Sequence record: PQ462667.1
From: Escherichia phage HMD-P3
Strand: one strand, 5' to 3'
Length of the DNA stretch: 64,000 nt
Below the pieces are notes generated by a model, which was not told the DNA's origin, made no database searches, and saw only the letters and a list, made by a program, of their open reading frames with translations. Every line of letters begins with the position of its first letter. The stretch's first letter is position 1. The position numbers and the translations under genes were made by a program. Below are positions 1 to 7,647 of this stretch, piece after piece.

Positions 1-225
1 TACAGCCAGGCGCCGTCGCCACTGAGCCAATCCCCCATATTTGAATGAAAAGTAAGTCGGTTAAACTCAAGGTGGAATATTTCAGGATTTCCTGACTTTA
101 CCCCTAAAGGCAACTCGCCTAATTACTTCTCATTCAGATATGTTTCCAAATTAGATAAATATTATATCAAGTTTTATAGTATTGGGCAAGTCAAATTTTA
201 AAGAACTTGCCCAATGCTGTATTAG

Positions 226-501
226 TTAGTCGAACTTAGGAGTGACAGTTAAGGAGAACGGAAGTTCAAAAACTTCTTCGCCCTCATCACTAACAGTGAT
301 TACACGACCTTTAAGTTCAGACATTGAAATATCAATATCAGCTTTTGCATCTGGAGCCATGCCAGCTTCAACACATTTAGCTTTAATTTCCGGCAGAAGT
401 TCTACATCGTAGAAATAAAGCCATTCAATCTCACCTTCCCAGCCTTCCCAGGATTTACAGATTGCACTTTCAATACCAGCTGCTATAACACGATTTTGCA
501 T
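226..501 (-). CDS. hypothetical protein (91 aa)
   Basis: Intact ORF in the minus-strand early block; no recognisable motif. Confidence 0.45.
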   Translation of the reverse strand: MQNRVIAAGIESAICKSWEGWEGEIEWLYFYDVELLPEIKAKCVEAGMAPDAKADIDISMSELKGRVITVSDEGEEVFELPFSLTVTPKFD

Positions 502-591
502 TCGTTAACTCCTTCATCAATTTATACAACTATTATACCAGAAATTTAAAGCAAAAGGCAAGTACATTTTTAAAAATTCTGTTTGGAGGAG

Positions 592-798
592 CTAAACTCC
601 AGATTCTTCAGCCAAGTCTAGACTAATAAGAGATATAGCCATAATTGCCGCTCCATGTTCTTTTTCTCCAGTCTCTTTAGCTAGAGTTATAATGTCAAGA
701 AATTGCTTATGAAAATCTGCAACCTCTTGAGTTATACCTGCCTCAGCAATCATGCCTTTAAGCATGAAACGTTGTGCTGTAATTTCAGGATTAGCCAT
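592..798 (-). CDS. hypothetical protein (68 aa)
   Basis: ORF co-oriented with neighbours; start overlaps the stop of a possible small upstream ORF (TAATG-type coupling). Confidence 0.4.
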   Translation of the reverse strand: MANPEITAQRFMLKGMIAEAGITQEVADFHKQFLDIITLAKETGEKEHGAAIMAISLISLDLAEESGV

Positions 799-973
799 GT
801 TGTTTCTCCAGTTTCATCTTTAATAATCTACAAATAAAATCAATGTCTTCATCCGTGCCTAGATCTCTGTCTTCAAGAGTTGCCTTGAAGTTTTTAGTCA
901 ATTCCATGAGGATAACTTCCCTAGAACGACGTGTTGGCGGAGGTGGATGTCTATACATCTTATTTCCTTAATT

Positions 974-1050
974 TGGTAGGGGTGGTGGGATTCGAACCCA
1001 CAAAACCTGAATTTTAAGTCCAGTACCTATGCCAATTCGATTACACCCCC
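974..1050 (-). tRNA. tRNA, anticodon loop CUUAAAA (anticodon possibly UAA, isotype uncertain)
   Basis: Minus-strand sense GGGGGTG...GTGGGTTCGAATCCCAC...CACCCCTACCA: acceptor stem, T-arm with GGTTCGAATCC, encoded CCA, 5-bp anticodon stem CTGGA/TTCAG. Confidence 0.7.
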
Positions 1051-1151
1051 ATGTAATCAGTTTATTAGTTGATACATATTATAGCCTAGTGAAAATCCTA
1101 CTACTAGTCCTACAAACCAACCAATATAATAATCTTTTAGTTTCACAGGTA

Positions 1152-1337
1152 TTATCCTCGTTCAATATCTAGGGAAATACCGCAGTTAGGATTAATACCT
1201 GTACCCTTGCAATTTGGGCAAACCCAGATATTGCAAAAAGTATCTCCTGCTTCTGCATCAGAACTTTCACCAATTCCCCTACACTCAGGGCAGGCACATT
1301 CTTCTAGCTCTTGCTTGAGTTCTTGAAACTTAGACAT
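1152..1337 (-). CDS. small DnaJ-type zinc-finger protein (61 aa)
   Basis: Two CxxCxGxG motifs (CPECRGIG, CPNCKGTG) plus further Cys pairs. Confidence 0.45.
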   Translation of the reverse strand: MSKFQELKQELEECACPECRGIGESSDAEAGDTFCNIWVCPNCKGTGINPNCGISLDIERG

Positions 1338-1346
1338 AAAGTCTCC

Positions 1347-1535
1347 TTAGTCAATTACTTTTGAGGCTTCAAGGTAGTCGATATAGTGTACGTTTTCTAC
1401 CGTAATCATATAATCAGCCACTTTATCCATAGCTTGGGCTTCAGAGGTAGCTCTGGCTAACCTATATCCTTTTTTATATTCATCCGGGTATTCTCTATCT
1501 TGAATAAACACAACATAAACTATATATAGATCCAT
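1347..1535 (-). CDS. hypothetical protein (62 aa)
   Basis: ORF between tRNA genes, co-oriented; no motif. Confidence 0.35.
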   Translation of the reverse strand: MDLYIVYVVFIQDREYPDEYKKGYRLARATSEAQAMDKVADYMITVENVHYIDYLEASKVID

Positions 1536-1553
1536 TTGTGACCTCTATTTAAT

Positions 1554-1631
1554 TGGTGGCTCCCCGAGGATTCGAACCTACGTACCTTCCGGTTATGAGC
1601 CGGGTGCTCATACCATATGAGCTTGAGAACC
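1554..1631 (-). tRNA. tRNA-Met/Ile2-like (anticodon CAT)
   Basis: Sense GGTTCTC...CCGG-CTCATAA-CCGG...GGTTCGAATCC...GGGAGCC-A-CCA; anticodon loop CUCAUAA; acceptor pairs with two G-U wobbles; T-stem has one bulge. Confidence 0.7.
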
Positions 1632-1637
1632 AAAATC

Positions 1638-1726
1638 TGGCGGAAGAAGTGGGAATCGAACCCACAAGGCTATATTTCAAACCGACAGATTAGCAATCTG
1701 CTGCAATACCGTTATGCTATTCTTCC
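1638..1726 (-). tRNA. tRNA-Ser (anticodon GCT), type II with long variable arm
   Basis: Sense GGAAGAA...GCAGA-TTGCTAA-TCTGT, long variable arm GGTTTGAAATATAGCC, T-arm GTGGGTTCGATTCCCAC, acceptor TTCTTCC-G-CCA. Confidence 0.8.
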
Positions 1727-1747
1727 GAATTTATAAGATATATTATA

Positions 1748-2317
1748 TTAGAAATTTAGCTTCATAGCAAGAAAATTTTTCAAGTTTTCGGTAGACATCT
1801 CATCCACATCTACAGGAGAAACAAATCCATTTAATTGTCTAGCAAACTTTTCACCAGCAGGATCGTTGTCCCCAACAGCTACTAATTTGAAAGGTAATAA
1901 TTTCAGTTGCTTTAATAACGCTTTTCCTGGAGAAGAACCCAGCATTGCCAGGGCTGGATAACCAGCATTATGTAATGCAACTGCCTTAAATACAGATTCA
2001 GCAATCAATACTACTTTTTCATCTCCATTGAGAGTTTCTAGTCCCCATACACACTGTGTAGTGGAGTAGGTAAAATATTTAGCCTCAAAGGGGCACTTAC
2101 CATGCCCTTTTGGAGCAGAAGGATTATACGTCTGATAGCCCCGCAACATCCCAGAGAAGTCATACAATGGGACTGTTAGCCACCCTTCCGGGCTTAACCA
2201 GCAATGATATTTATCTGTATCAAATCCTCTAGATAAGAGGTGCTGTGTTAGCTCATCAACATTCATATTTGGTTCCTCTCTCAAATTTATAGATATATTA
2301 TACAGAGAATTTAGCAT
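1748..2317 (-). CDS. Toprim-domain protein (189 aa)
   Basis: C-terminal half VVLIAESVFKAVALHNAGYPALAMLGSSPG...KLVAVGDNDPAGEKFA matches the Toprim E...DxD pattern of DnaG-type primases; no zinc-binding or helicase-interaction region. Confidence 0.55.
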   Translation of the reverse strand: MLNSLYNISINLREEPNMNVDELTQHLLSRGFDTDKYHCWLSPEGWLTVPLYDFSGMLRGYQTYNPSAPKGHGKCPFEAKYFTYSTTQCVWGLETLNGDEKVVLIAESVFKAVALHNAGYPALAMLGSSPGKALLKQLKLLPFKLVAVGDNDPAGEKFARQLNGFVSPVDVDEMSTENLKNFLAMKLNF

Positions 2318-2340
2318 TCAAGCAATCAAATTTTTTAACT
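2283..2340 (-). promoter_or_regulatory. T5-type early promoter (minus strand)
   Basis: Reverse complement carries the recurring ...tttgattgcttgaatgctaaattctctgtataatatatctataaattt... architecture shared with about 10 other intergenic copies. Confidence 0.55.
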
Positions 2341-2441
2341 TTTTAGAGGAAAATCATAGGGCACTTAAGGGTAGCAGATAAGTGGTGAGGACCAAAATTT
2401 GTGACTCCACTAAAAATCCGGGGGCAATTTTTAAAGACCCC

Positions 2442-2470
2442 TTGACATTTTTGTTGGGGTAGTGTAAAGT
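2442..2470 (+). promoter_or_regulatory. sigma70-type promoter (TTGACA, 17-bp spacer, TG-extended TAAAGT)
   Basis: cTTGACAtttttgttggggtagTGTAAAGTat directly upstream of the plus-strand cassette; differs from the T5 early promoter family used elsewhere. Confidence 0.55.
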
Positions 2471-2532
2471 ATATGTTATGGATGAGTGATCAAAGAGACA
2501 CACATTTTCTATATACTAGGAGGTGTCAAAAA

Positions 2533-3525
2533 ATGACAGAAGAAGTAGCTAAGAGTCCTGAGACCGTCGCTAGCGTTGCAGCAGAACTGCACCGTCACGA
2601 GGAATCAGATAAGAAAAAGTGGGAGAAGGTCAGAGCCTACGAAGAAAAACATCGTGAACACGATGAAGATGATGAAGAAGATGACGATGATGAACATTGT
2701 CATAAATATGGAAAACATAAAATGCAAGAACCAGTAAACGTATTCACTAGTGGCTTCCCTGGCCTAATGGGCGGTTACCCAGCAAACGCAGGTGCTTTTG
2801 GTGGTGAAGGTATGGGTCTATTCGGAGCTATCCTAATCGGTGCTCTATTAACAGGCGGATTCGGTGGTTTCGGTGGATTCGGTGGACGTGGTGTAGTTGG
2901 TGATGGTAGCGCAGTTGATGCAGTGCTTCAGAATCAAGATACCGCTAGTATTCTAGCAGCTATTAACACTACTCGTACAGAAGCTAATCAGGGTACTGGA
3001 GCTGTTTTAAGCGCAGTTAATAATGGTTTTAGCCAGACATCCCAAAACCAGAGCCGTGATACTCAGTCTGTACTAACTACGATCTATGGTACGGGTGCTA
3101 ATCTGTCTAATCAAATCTGCCAGGAAACTCGCAACGTTATTCAGGGTCAGTTCGATCTTTCTCGCCAGATTGATCAATCTTTCGCAGCTAACCAGATAGC
3201 TCGTGCACAAGATAAGTTTGATTCTGCACAGATCGCTTTCCAGCAGACTTTACAAACTAATAACCAGTTTGCAGCTGTTCAGGCTCAGATGTGTGCTAAC
3301 CAGAACTCTCTGGAACGTCAGATCGCTGAATGTTGCTGTGAACTTCAGACTGCGATCGCTGGTGTAACTACTGCACGTATCCAGGACGAGTTAGACGCAT
3401 GTCGCCTACGTGAAGCAATCGCTGCGGGTAGTGGTGCTAACGGTCAGGTAATTAATCAAATCGCTTTAAGTCTTGGTGCTATCACTCAGACTCTGGCTGG
3501 TCTGCAGGCTAAACTGCCGGCTTAA
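2533..3525 (+). CDS. low-complexity protein: acidic/His-rich N-terminus, glycine-zipper hydrophobic segment, Q/N/A-rich C-terminal domain (about 330 aa from the RBS-supported start)
   Basis: Strong RBS (AGGAGG) 7 nt before ATG at 2533 (the track ORF begins at 2473 without an RBS); segment GLFGAILIGALLTGGFGGFGGFGGRG; CCC and further Cys in the C-terminal part. Confidence 0.55.
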   Translation: MTEEVAKSPETVASVAAELHRHEESDKKKWEKVRAYEEKHREHDEDDEEDDDDEHCHKYGKHKMQEPVNVFTSGFPGLMGGYPANAGAFGGEGMGLFGAILIGALLTGGFGGFGGFGGRGVVGDGSAVDAVLQNQDTASILAAINTTRTEANQGTGAVLSAVNNGFSQTSQNQSRDTQSVLTTIYGTGANLSNQICQETRNVIQGQFDLSRQIDQSFAANQIARAQDKFDSAQIAFQQTLQTNNQFAAVQAQMCANQNSLERQIAECCCELQTAIAGVTTARIQDELDACRLREAIAAGSGANGQVINQIALSLGAITQTLAGLQAKLPA

Positions 3526-3546
3526 TATTAAGGGGAGGAGCCCATT

Positions 3547-3963
3547 ATGAGTAAATATGGTTTTGTAAATAACGGACTTAATCAAAGTATGGGCTCCCAG
3601 CAGCCCATTCCAGGTCTGGATAACCCCTACTTACAACAGTTGCAACAGCGTTTAGCAGAAGCGCAACAGATGCAGCAACAACTCCAGCAAAATCCTAGAA
3701 GTGTGAGTCCTATACAAATGATGCAGCAAATGAGCGGGCAGTCGCAAATGCCTCAACAAATGCAGCAACAGATGCCGCAGCAGCAAGTTCAGCAACAAAC
3801 CCAACAACCGCAGGTTTCTGCGGAAGGACAGGCAGTACTAGCCCTTTTCGAAGACTTCGCAAAGACAGAGGATGGGAAGCAGCTTGTATCACTTATGGGT
3901 AAGTTTAATAGCTTCTGCCAAAGCCAAATTGCAAAAGCTCAAAATAGCGGTGATAACTCCTAA
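3547..3963 (+). CDS. glutamine-rich low-complexity protein (138 aa)
   Basis: RBS GGGGAGG upstream; about 35% Q in the central region (QQMQQQLQQ..., PQQMQQQMPQQQVQQQTQQPQ). Confidence 0.5.
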   Translation: MSKYGFVNNGLNQSMGSQQPIPGLDNPYLQQLQQRLAEAQQMQQQLQQNPRSVSPIQMMQQMSGQSQMPQQMQQQMPQQQVQQQTQQPQVSAEGQAVLALFEDFAKTEDGKQLVSLMGKFNSFCQSQIAKAQNSGDNS

Positions 3964-3972
3964 GGAGGAATT

Positions 3973-4167
3973 ATGTGTTGCAGAAAATCTGTTTCGTGCT
4001 GCCCAATGCCTGTAGCACGTTGTTGCTCTCCAGCAATGTTTACGCAAATACCGGCGTTCAATCCGTTTGCCTTTAAGCCTACTCTTATCCTGCCCCCTAG
4101 AGTAGATTTTCAGTCAAGATTGGCCTCCCGTATGGGTGGTTGCTGTACACCGAGAGTGTGGTTCTAA
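3973..4167 (+). CDS. small cysteine-pair-rich protein (64 aa)
   Basis: RBS AAGGAGG upstream; four CC dipeptides (MCC, SCC, RCC, GCC). Confidence 0.4.
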   Translation: MCCRKSVSCCPMPVARCCSPAMFTQIPAFNPFAFKPTLILPPRVDFQSRLASRMGGCCTPRVWF

Positions 4168-4180
4168 ACCAAAAAACAAA

Positions 4181-4215
4181 AGCCCCTGCCGAAAGGTAAG
4201 GGGCTTTTTCTTTTG
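4181..4215 (+). terminator. rho-independent terminator
   Basis: Stem agcccct/aggggct with 11-nt loop followed by tttttctttt. Confidence 0.65.
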
Positions 4216-4219
4216 CCTT

Positions 4220-4259
4220 AAATACAGAAAAGCCCGCGCTCTCAGAGGAAACGCGGGCT
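4220..4259 (-). terminator. rho-independent terminator for the SPFH gene
   Basis: Perfect 8-bp stem agcccgcg/cgcgggct; on the minus strand it is followed by a U-run (revcomp of acagaaa). Confidence 0.6.
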
Positions 4260-4283
4260 TGGTTAGAAGATTACGTGTAACTA

Positions 4284-5231
4284 TTACTTGTTACGCATAT
4301 CCATGATCATTTGACCATCGTAGCCAGTACCTACCACAGTCTGAGGCACACCACCTTGATACTTCTGAGCACGAATCATTTCAACTTCCAGTTGCTTCCA
4401 GCGAATCATCTCAGGAGTAATGGTACGTTGCAATGCGGCGTTAGCTTCAGCTTCTTTTTTAGCTGCGTACAGTTTAGCATCTGCGTCACGTTCATTAGCA
4501 ATAGCTTGGTTGTTGCGAGCTTCACGATCTGCTTCTGCTTGTTTAACTTTTTGCTGTGCTTCCTGTTCAACGCGGGCAAGTTCAGCTTTCGCAGCGTTAA
4601 CTTGCTCTTCACGAACTTTGGTATTCTGTACCTGTTCCATGATTACCGGTGGCAAAGTAATATCCTGAAGAAACACCTGCTTAACTGTGTAACCATATGG
4701 GCGTGCATACTCTTCAACTTCCTGTTGAATTGCAGTTTGCAATTGAGCCTGAATTTTAGCATCAAACAAATCTTGTGCTTTAGGTACAGACTTACCAAAC
4801 TCACGAATAGTAGACAGTAATTTTTCAGTTACATATTTGTCTAATGCTTGATCCTGGGTACCTGCATTAATACGGTTAATCGGTGCCTTAGAACCATCAA
4901 ACTGCAACATAACAGTCAGGTCAACAGTGGATTTAAACTTATCCTGACTAGGAACCTGAAGTTTATCTAATTTTAGAGCAATATCTTTAGTACTAAAAGT
5001 ATCGAAAGAAGCAAAAGGATTTACAATATGAAAGCCGGGTAATACTGGGCTAGGGTCAACTTTACCCAGGAAAGTCTGGGTTTTAACAGTACCGTCTTGG
5101 ACAACAGTATAAGAGTTAAGAGCCAGAACTAAACCTACCAAACCAACTGCAGCACCAATACCCCAACGTTTGATATTACGCATTAATTTTTGCTCATAAG
5201 TCAGTTCTTTAGTGTTTTTAGTAGCAAACAT
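4284..5231 (-). CDS. SPFH/band-7 (prohibitin/HflK/C-like) membrane protein
   Basis: N-terminal TM helix (WGIGAAVGLVGLVLAL), central SPFH-like region, C-terminal charged coiled coil (EQVNAAKAELARVEQEAQQKVKQAEADREARN...). Confidence 0.65.
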   Translation of the reverse strand: MFATKNTKELTYEQKLMRNIKRWGIGAAVGLVGLVLALNSYTVVQDGTVKTQTFLGKVDPSPVLPGFHIVNPFASFDTFSTKDIALKLDKLQVPSQDKFKSTVDLTVMLQFDGSKAPINRINAGTQDQALDKYVTEKLLSTIREFGKSVPKAQDLFDAKIQAQLQTAIQQEVEEYARPYGYTVKQVFLQDITLPPVIMEQVQNTKVREEQVNAAKAELARVEQEAQQKVKQAEADREARNNQAIANERDADAKLYAAKKEAEANAALQRTITPEMIRWKQLEVEMIRAQKYQGGVPQTVVGTGYDGQMIMDMRNK

Positions 5232-5265
5232 ATATTTCCTTTGTTTTAGTTACAGTTAATAAAAT

Positions 5266-5340
5266 TGGCCGAGGTGACAGGATTCGAACCTGCATAAAGG
5301 AATTTAGAAGACTCCTGCCTCTCCCTTAGACTACACCTCG
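5266..5340 (-). tRNA. tRNA-Arg (anticodon TCT)
   Basis: Sense CGAGGTG...GGAGT-CTTCTAA-ATTCC...GCAGGTTCGAATCCTGT-CACCTCG-G-CCA; anticodon loop CUUCUAA. Confidence 0.8.
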
Positions 5341-5832
5341 TTTAAGTATTTTTAAGAACTCTCGTAAAAACTCTTAAAAATACAGACGATACCGGGAGAG
5401 TCATAAGTCTCACTCATTAAGTATTTCAAGACAAAATACGGTAACGTCTACTATTTTCCAGTTTAAGTCAGGGTGACTTAGTGGTTATGTCCTGCGGTAT
5501 ATTGAGGACTCGGTTAGGCTCGGGGTCATGACTTCCCGCCTTTTGCTGCTACTCAACAGGAGTTATCGCGAATTACCTGTGCTATTGTGCACCATTAGTG
5601 ACATCTCTCATGCCAGCATTTCCCACTTTGTGGATAGCTTGAAAAACTACTCCGATATGGAGAAAGAACTTCACTATCCTAGAATACCTTCTAAAGTTCT
5701 TCTTTAGCCTGGACATAGTTAAATCGTAATAAAACTATTCAGCAGACTGGTTGGTTAGTCTGGAACCAACTACCGCGTGGTTTAGGCAGTGCGCAACTAA
5801 CCTCGGAAGCTTTTACTTTAAAAGCATCAGTT

Positions 5833-5914
5833 ATCCAGTTCTTACCGACCATAGGATTCGAACCTACATCTTCCACCAGTTACGGCTTGATAATACCAAT
5901 TATACTAGGACGGC
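5833..5914 (-). tRNA. tRNA-like element (perfect T-arm, imperfect acceptor, anticodon arm not resolved)
   Basis: Sense contains GTAGGTTCGAATCCTAT and acceptor-like GCCGTCC/GGTCGGT with one mismatch; no clean cloverleaf by eye. Could be a divergent or degenerate tRNA. Confidence 0.4.
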
Positions 5915-6129
5915 AGTGTTACTACATAAGTGATTTCCACACCCCACTATTTATAAATTAGAGAAGAGTTTAGGGGAGAGGTTTCAGACGCCTCATTTTA
6001 CACGTTCTAGCCACTAACCGGGATTGCCGCCCCCTGTGTACTAGTTTTACAACTAACCCACCGACTCTATTCAATGCGCTTCGGTTGGGATTATGCATTC
6101 AGCGTAATCGGCTCGCTGTTCCCTAATTT

Positions 6130-6178
6130 ATGAATATATTATACAGAATTTAAAGGCATTTAGCAAATAAATTTTTAA
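6130..6178 (-). promoter_or_regulatory. T5-type early promoter (minus strand) upstream of the tRNA-containing transcription unit
   Basis: Reverse complement aaaatttatttgctaaatgcctttaaattctgtataatatattcataaatt closely resembles T5 PN25 (-35 TTGCTa, -10 TATAAT, A/T-rich upstream). Confidence 0.6.
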
Positions 6179-6618
6179 TTAAATTCGCCAGCAATCTGAG
6201 CAGCAGTACCACCATCATAACGCCCAGGAAATTCTTCCTTAATCGCTTTCATCAGCATACCTTTTGTAATTCCAGGGTTTAGCTTAACTAATTCTGCAAA
6301 GTATTTACGAATCTCAGTATCAGATAACTGAGGAGGCAGATACTCCTGCAACCACTTATTTAGAATGTATTCATACTGAGCAGACTGCAAGCTATAGCTA
6401 TCAAGATCTTGACCATGAAGTTTAGCTTTCATCTGGTTAATGCTTTTTAGTTGAGCTTTGAGATAAGACACAAATTGTTCAGAAGTGATGAAATCTTTAT
6501 CAATACGCTGAAGATCCCCGATTATGGTCTGATAACTTTTAGCGACTTCTTTATCAGAACCATTAAACTTAGAATCCTGCAAAGCTCTACGCAAAACATC
6601 TAAAATATTCTCTTCCAT
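6175..6618 (-). CDS. GatB/YqeY-domain protein
   Basis: C-terminal YLPPQLSDTEIRKYFAELVKLNPGITKGMLMKAIKEEFPGRYDGGTAAQIAGEF matches the GatB/YqeY pattern. Confidence 0.6.
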   Translation of the reverse strand: MEENILDVLRRALQDSKFNGSDKEVAKSYQTIIGDLQRIDKDFITSEQFVSYLKAQLKSINQMKAKLHGQDLDSYSLQSAQYEYILNKWLQEYLPPQLSDTEIRKYFAELVKLNPGITKGMLMKAIKEEFPGRYDGGTAAQIAGEFN

Positions 6619-6788
6619 TATTTCATTCCTAGCGCTTGGTTAAAAGATTGTTCTGTCATAACTGCTGAGACTTTGGCGAAATCAAACTTTTTAGGGTTCG
6701 TAGTGATTTCAGCAACGTTAGAAGTTTTAACAGTTTTCGTAGTACGAATACCGCGAGTGTTAACACCAATAATTACAACTGATTTCAT
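6618..6788 (-). CDS. possible small ORF (56 aa), translationally coupled to the GatB/YqeY gene
   Basis: ATG preceded by GAGAGG; stop overlaps the downstream start (ATGAAATAATG); below the 60-aa track cutoff. Confidence 0.3.
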   Translation of the reverse strand: MKSVVIIGVNTRGIRTTKTVKTSNVAEITTNPKKFDFAKVSAVMTEQSFNQALGMK

Positions 6789-6807
6789 ACTTCGCTTCCT
6801 CTCATTA

Positions 6808-6862
6808 ATTTATGGAAGTATTATACGGAAATTTAAGTAGTTAAGCAAGTAAATTTTTAAGT
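6808..6862 (-). promoter_or_regulatory. T5-type early promoter (minus strand)
   Basis: Reverse complement cttaaaaatttacttgcttaactacttaaatttccgtataatacttccataa. Confidence 0.55.
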
Positions 6863-7324
6863 TTTAGTGACAACAGGTTTATAGAATGTATGTCCCTTAA
6901 TTTTAGTTGTTTTCTTAAATTTCTTTGTCCAGTAAGGTTTATCTTTACCACTATGGAAGTATAGTGCTCCATGTGTAGGATCTTGTGGTAAATCAACGTA
7001 GTATATCACTCTAGCTAAATTCTTAGCGGTTTGCCAAGCCTCATCAGTTTTATCAACTTTTGGTCTCTTAGATACCCAAGAGAACTGGTTAGACTGATAT
7101 ACTACTTTACAGTAGGAATCTGGGAATTTACCGGAGTTTACACGGTTTTTAGTAACATGTGCAATCGCCGTCATTCCCTTTATGCCCTCACCACGACTTT
7201 CGAAATAGATATTTTTAGCAATGCAATCTATTTCTTTTGCATCGTGCGATGCCTGACTACTAAAGCTGAAGGTAAGGGCAGCTACTAAAAGCAAAGCTGC
7301 CTTCATTCTTTTTACTCCTGCCAA
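6857..7324 (-). CDS. secreted cell-wall hydrolase, SleB-like
   Basis: N-terminal signal peptide (MKAALLLVAALTFSFSSQA); core IAKNIYFESRGEGIKGMTAIAHVTKNRV...VVYQSNQFSW matches the SleB-type cell-wall hydrolase signature. Confidence 0.65.
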   Translation of the reverse strand: MAGVKRMKAALLLVAALTFSFSSQASHDAKEIDCIAKNIYFESRGEGIKGMTAIAHVTKNRVNSGKFPDSYCKVVYQSNQFSWVSKRPKVDKTDEAWQTAKNLARVIYYVDLPQDPTHGALYFHSGKDKPYWTKKFKKTTKIKGHTFYKPVVTKT

Positions 7325-7629
7325 TCATATTCAACACGATTGGGATTTTCTTTATACCCTAAGTCAAGCAAATCATTACGCATATTTTGCTTAGCTACTG
7401 GGTTCGAGGTTACTAGTACCACTTTCTTTGGTCTCTGCCCAAATTCTAATAGTAAACGAAGAATTTGATAACCTTCCATACCATCTACAGCCAAGTCATT
7501 ATCCATATAAACGAAATGGCCTGTGGTATCAGTTTTATTCAGAAACTCTACAGCGGCTTCTGGGGTTCGAATGATAATGTCCATTCCGTGAAGATTACGC
7601 ACATCATCAATCAAAATATGAAAAGTCAT
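7312..7629 (-). CDS. hypothetical protein, possibly receiver (REC)-like fold (105 aa)
   Basis: Acidic motifs in REC-like spacing (ILIDDVR, VYMDNDL, VLVTSNP); weak, by eye only. Confidence 0.35.
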   Translation of the reverse strand: MTFHILIDDVRNLHGMDIIIRTPEAAVEFLNKTDTTGHFVYMDNDLAVDGMEGYQILRLLLEFGQRPKKVVLVTSNPVAKQNMRNDLLDLGYKENPNRVEYDWQE

Positions 7630-7647
7630 AATAGCCTCGTTTCATCA

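Noticed and set aside
1-225. GC-rich first 60 nt and a hairpin at about 186-218 as a possible partial tRNA or terminator at the window edge
   Set aside because: No T-arm or acceptor signature; the hairpin lacks a flanking U-run on the relevant strand; cannot be interpreted without upstream sequence.
2473-2532. Track-assigned start at 2473 for the first cassette gene
   Set aside because: No RBS, and it overlaps the -10 element of the promoter; the ATG at 2533 with AGGAGG 7 nt upstream is the credible start.
4311-4820. Plus-strand ORFs (169 aa and 82 aa) inside the SPFH gene
   Set aside because: Antisense shadow frames of a well-supported gene; low-complexity hydrophobic translation, no RBS or promoter.
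5751-5933. 60-aa plus-strand ORF in the tRNA cluster
   Set aside because: Overlaps the tRNA-like element on the opposite strand, no RBS, and sits in a region otherwise devoid of coding signal.
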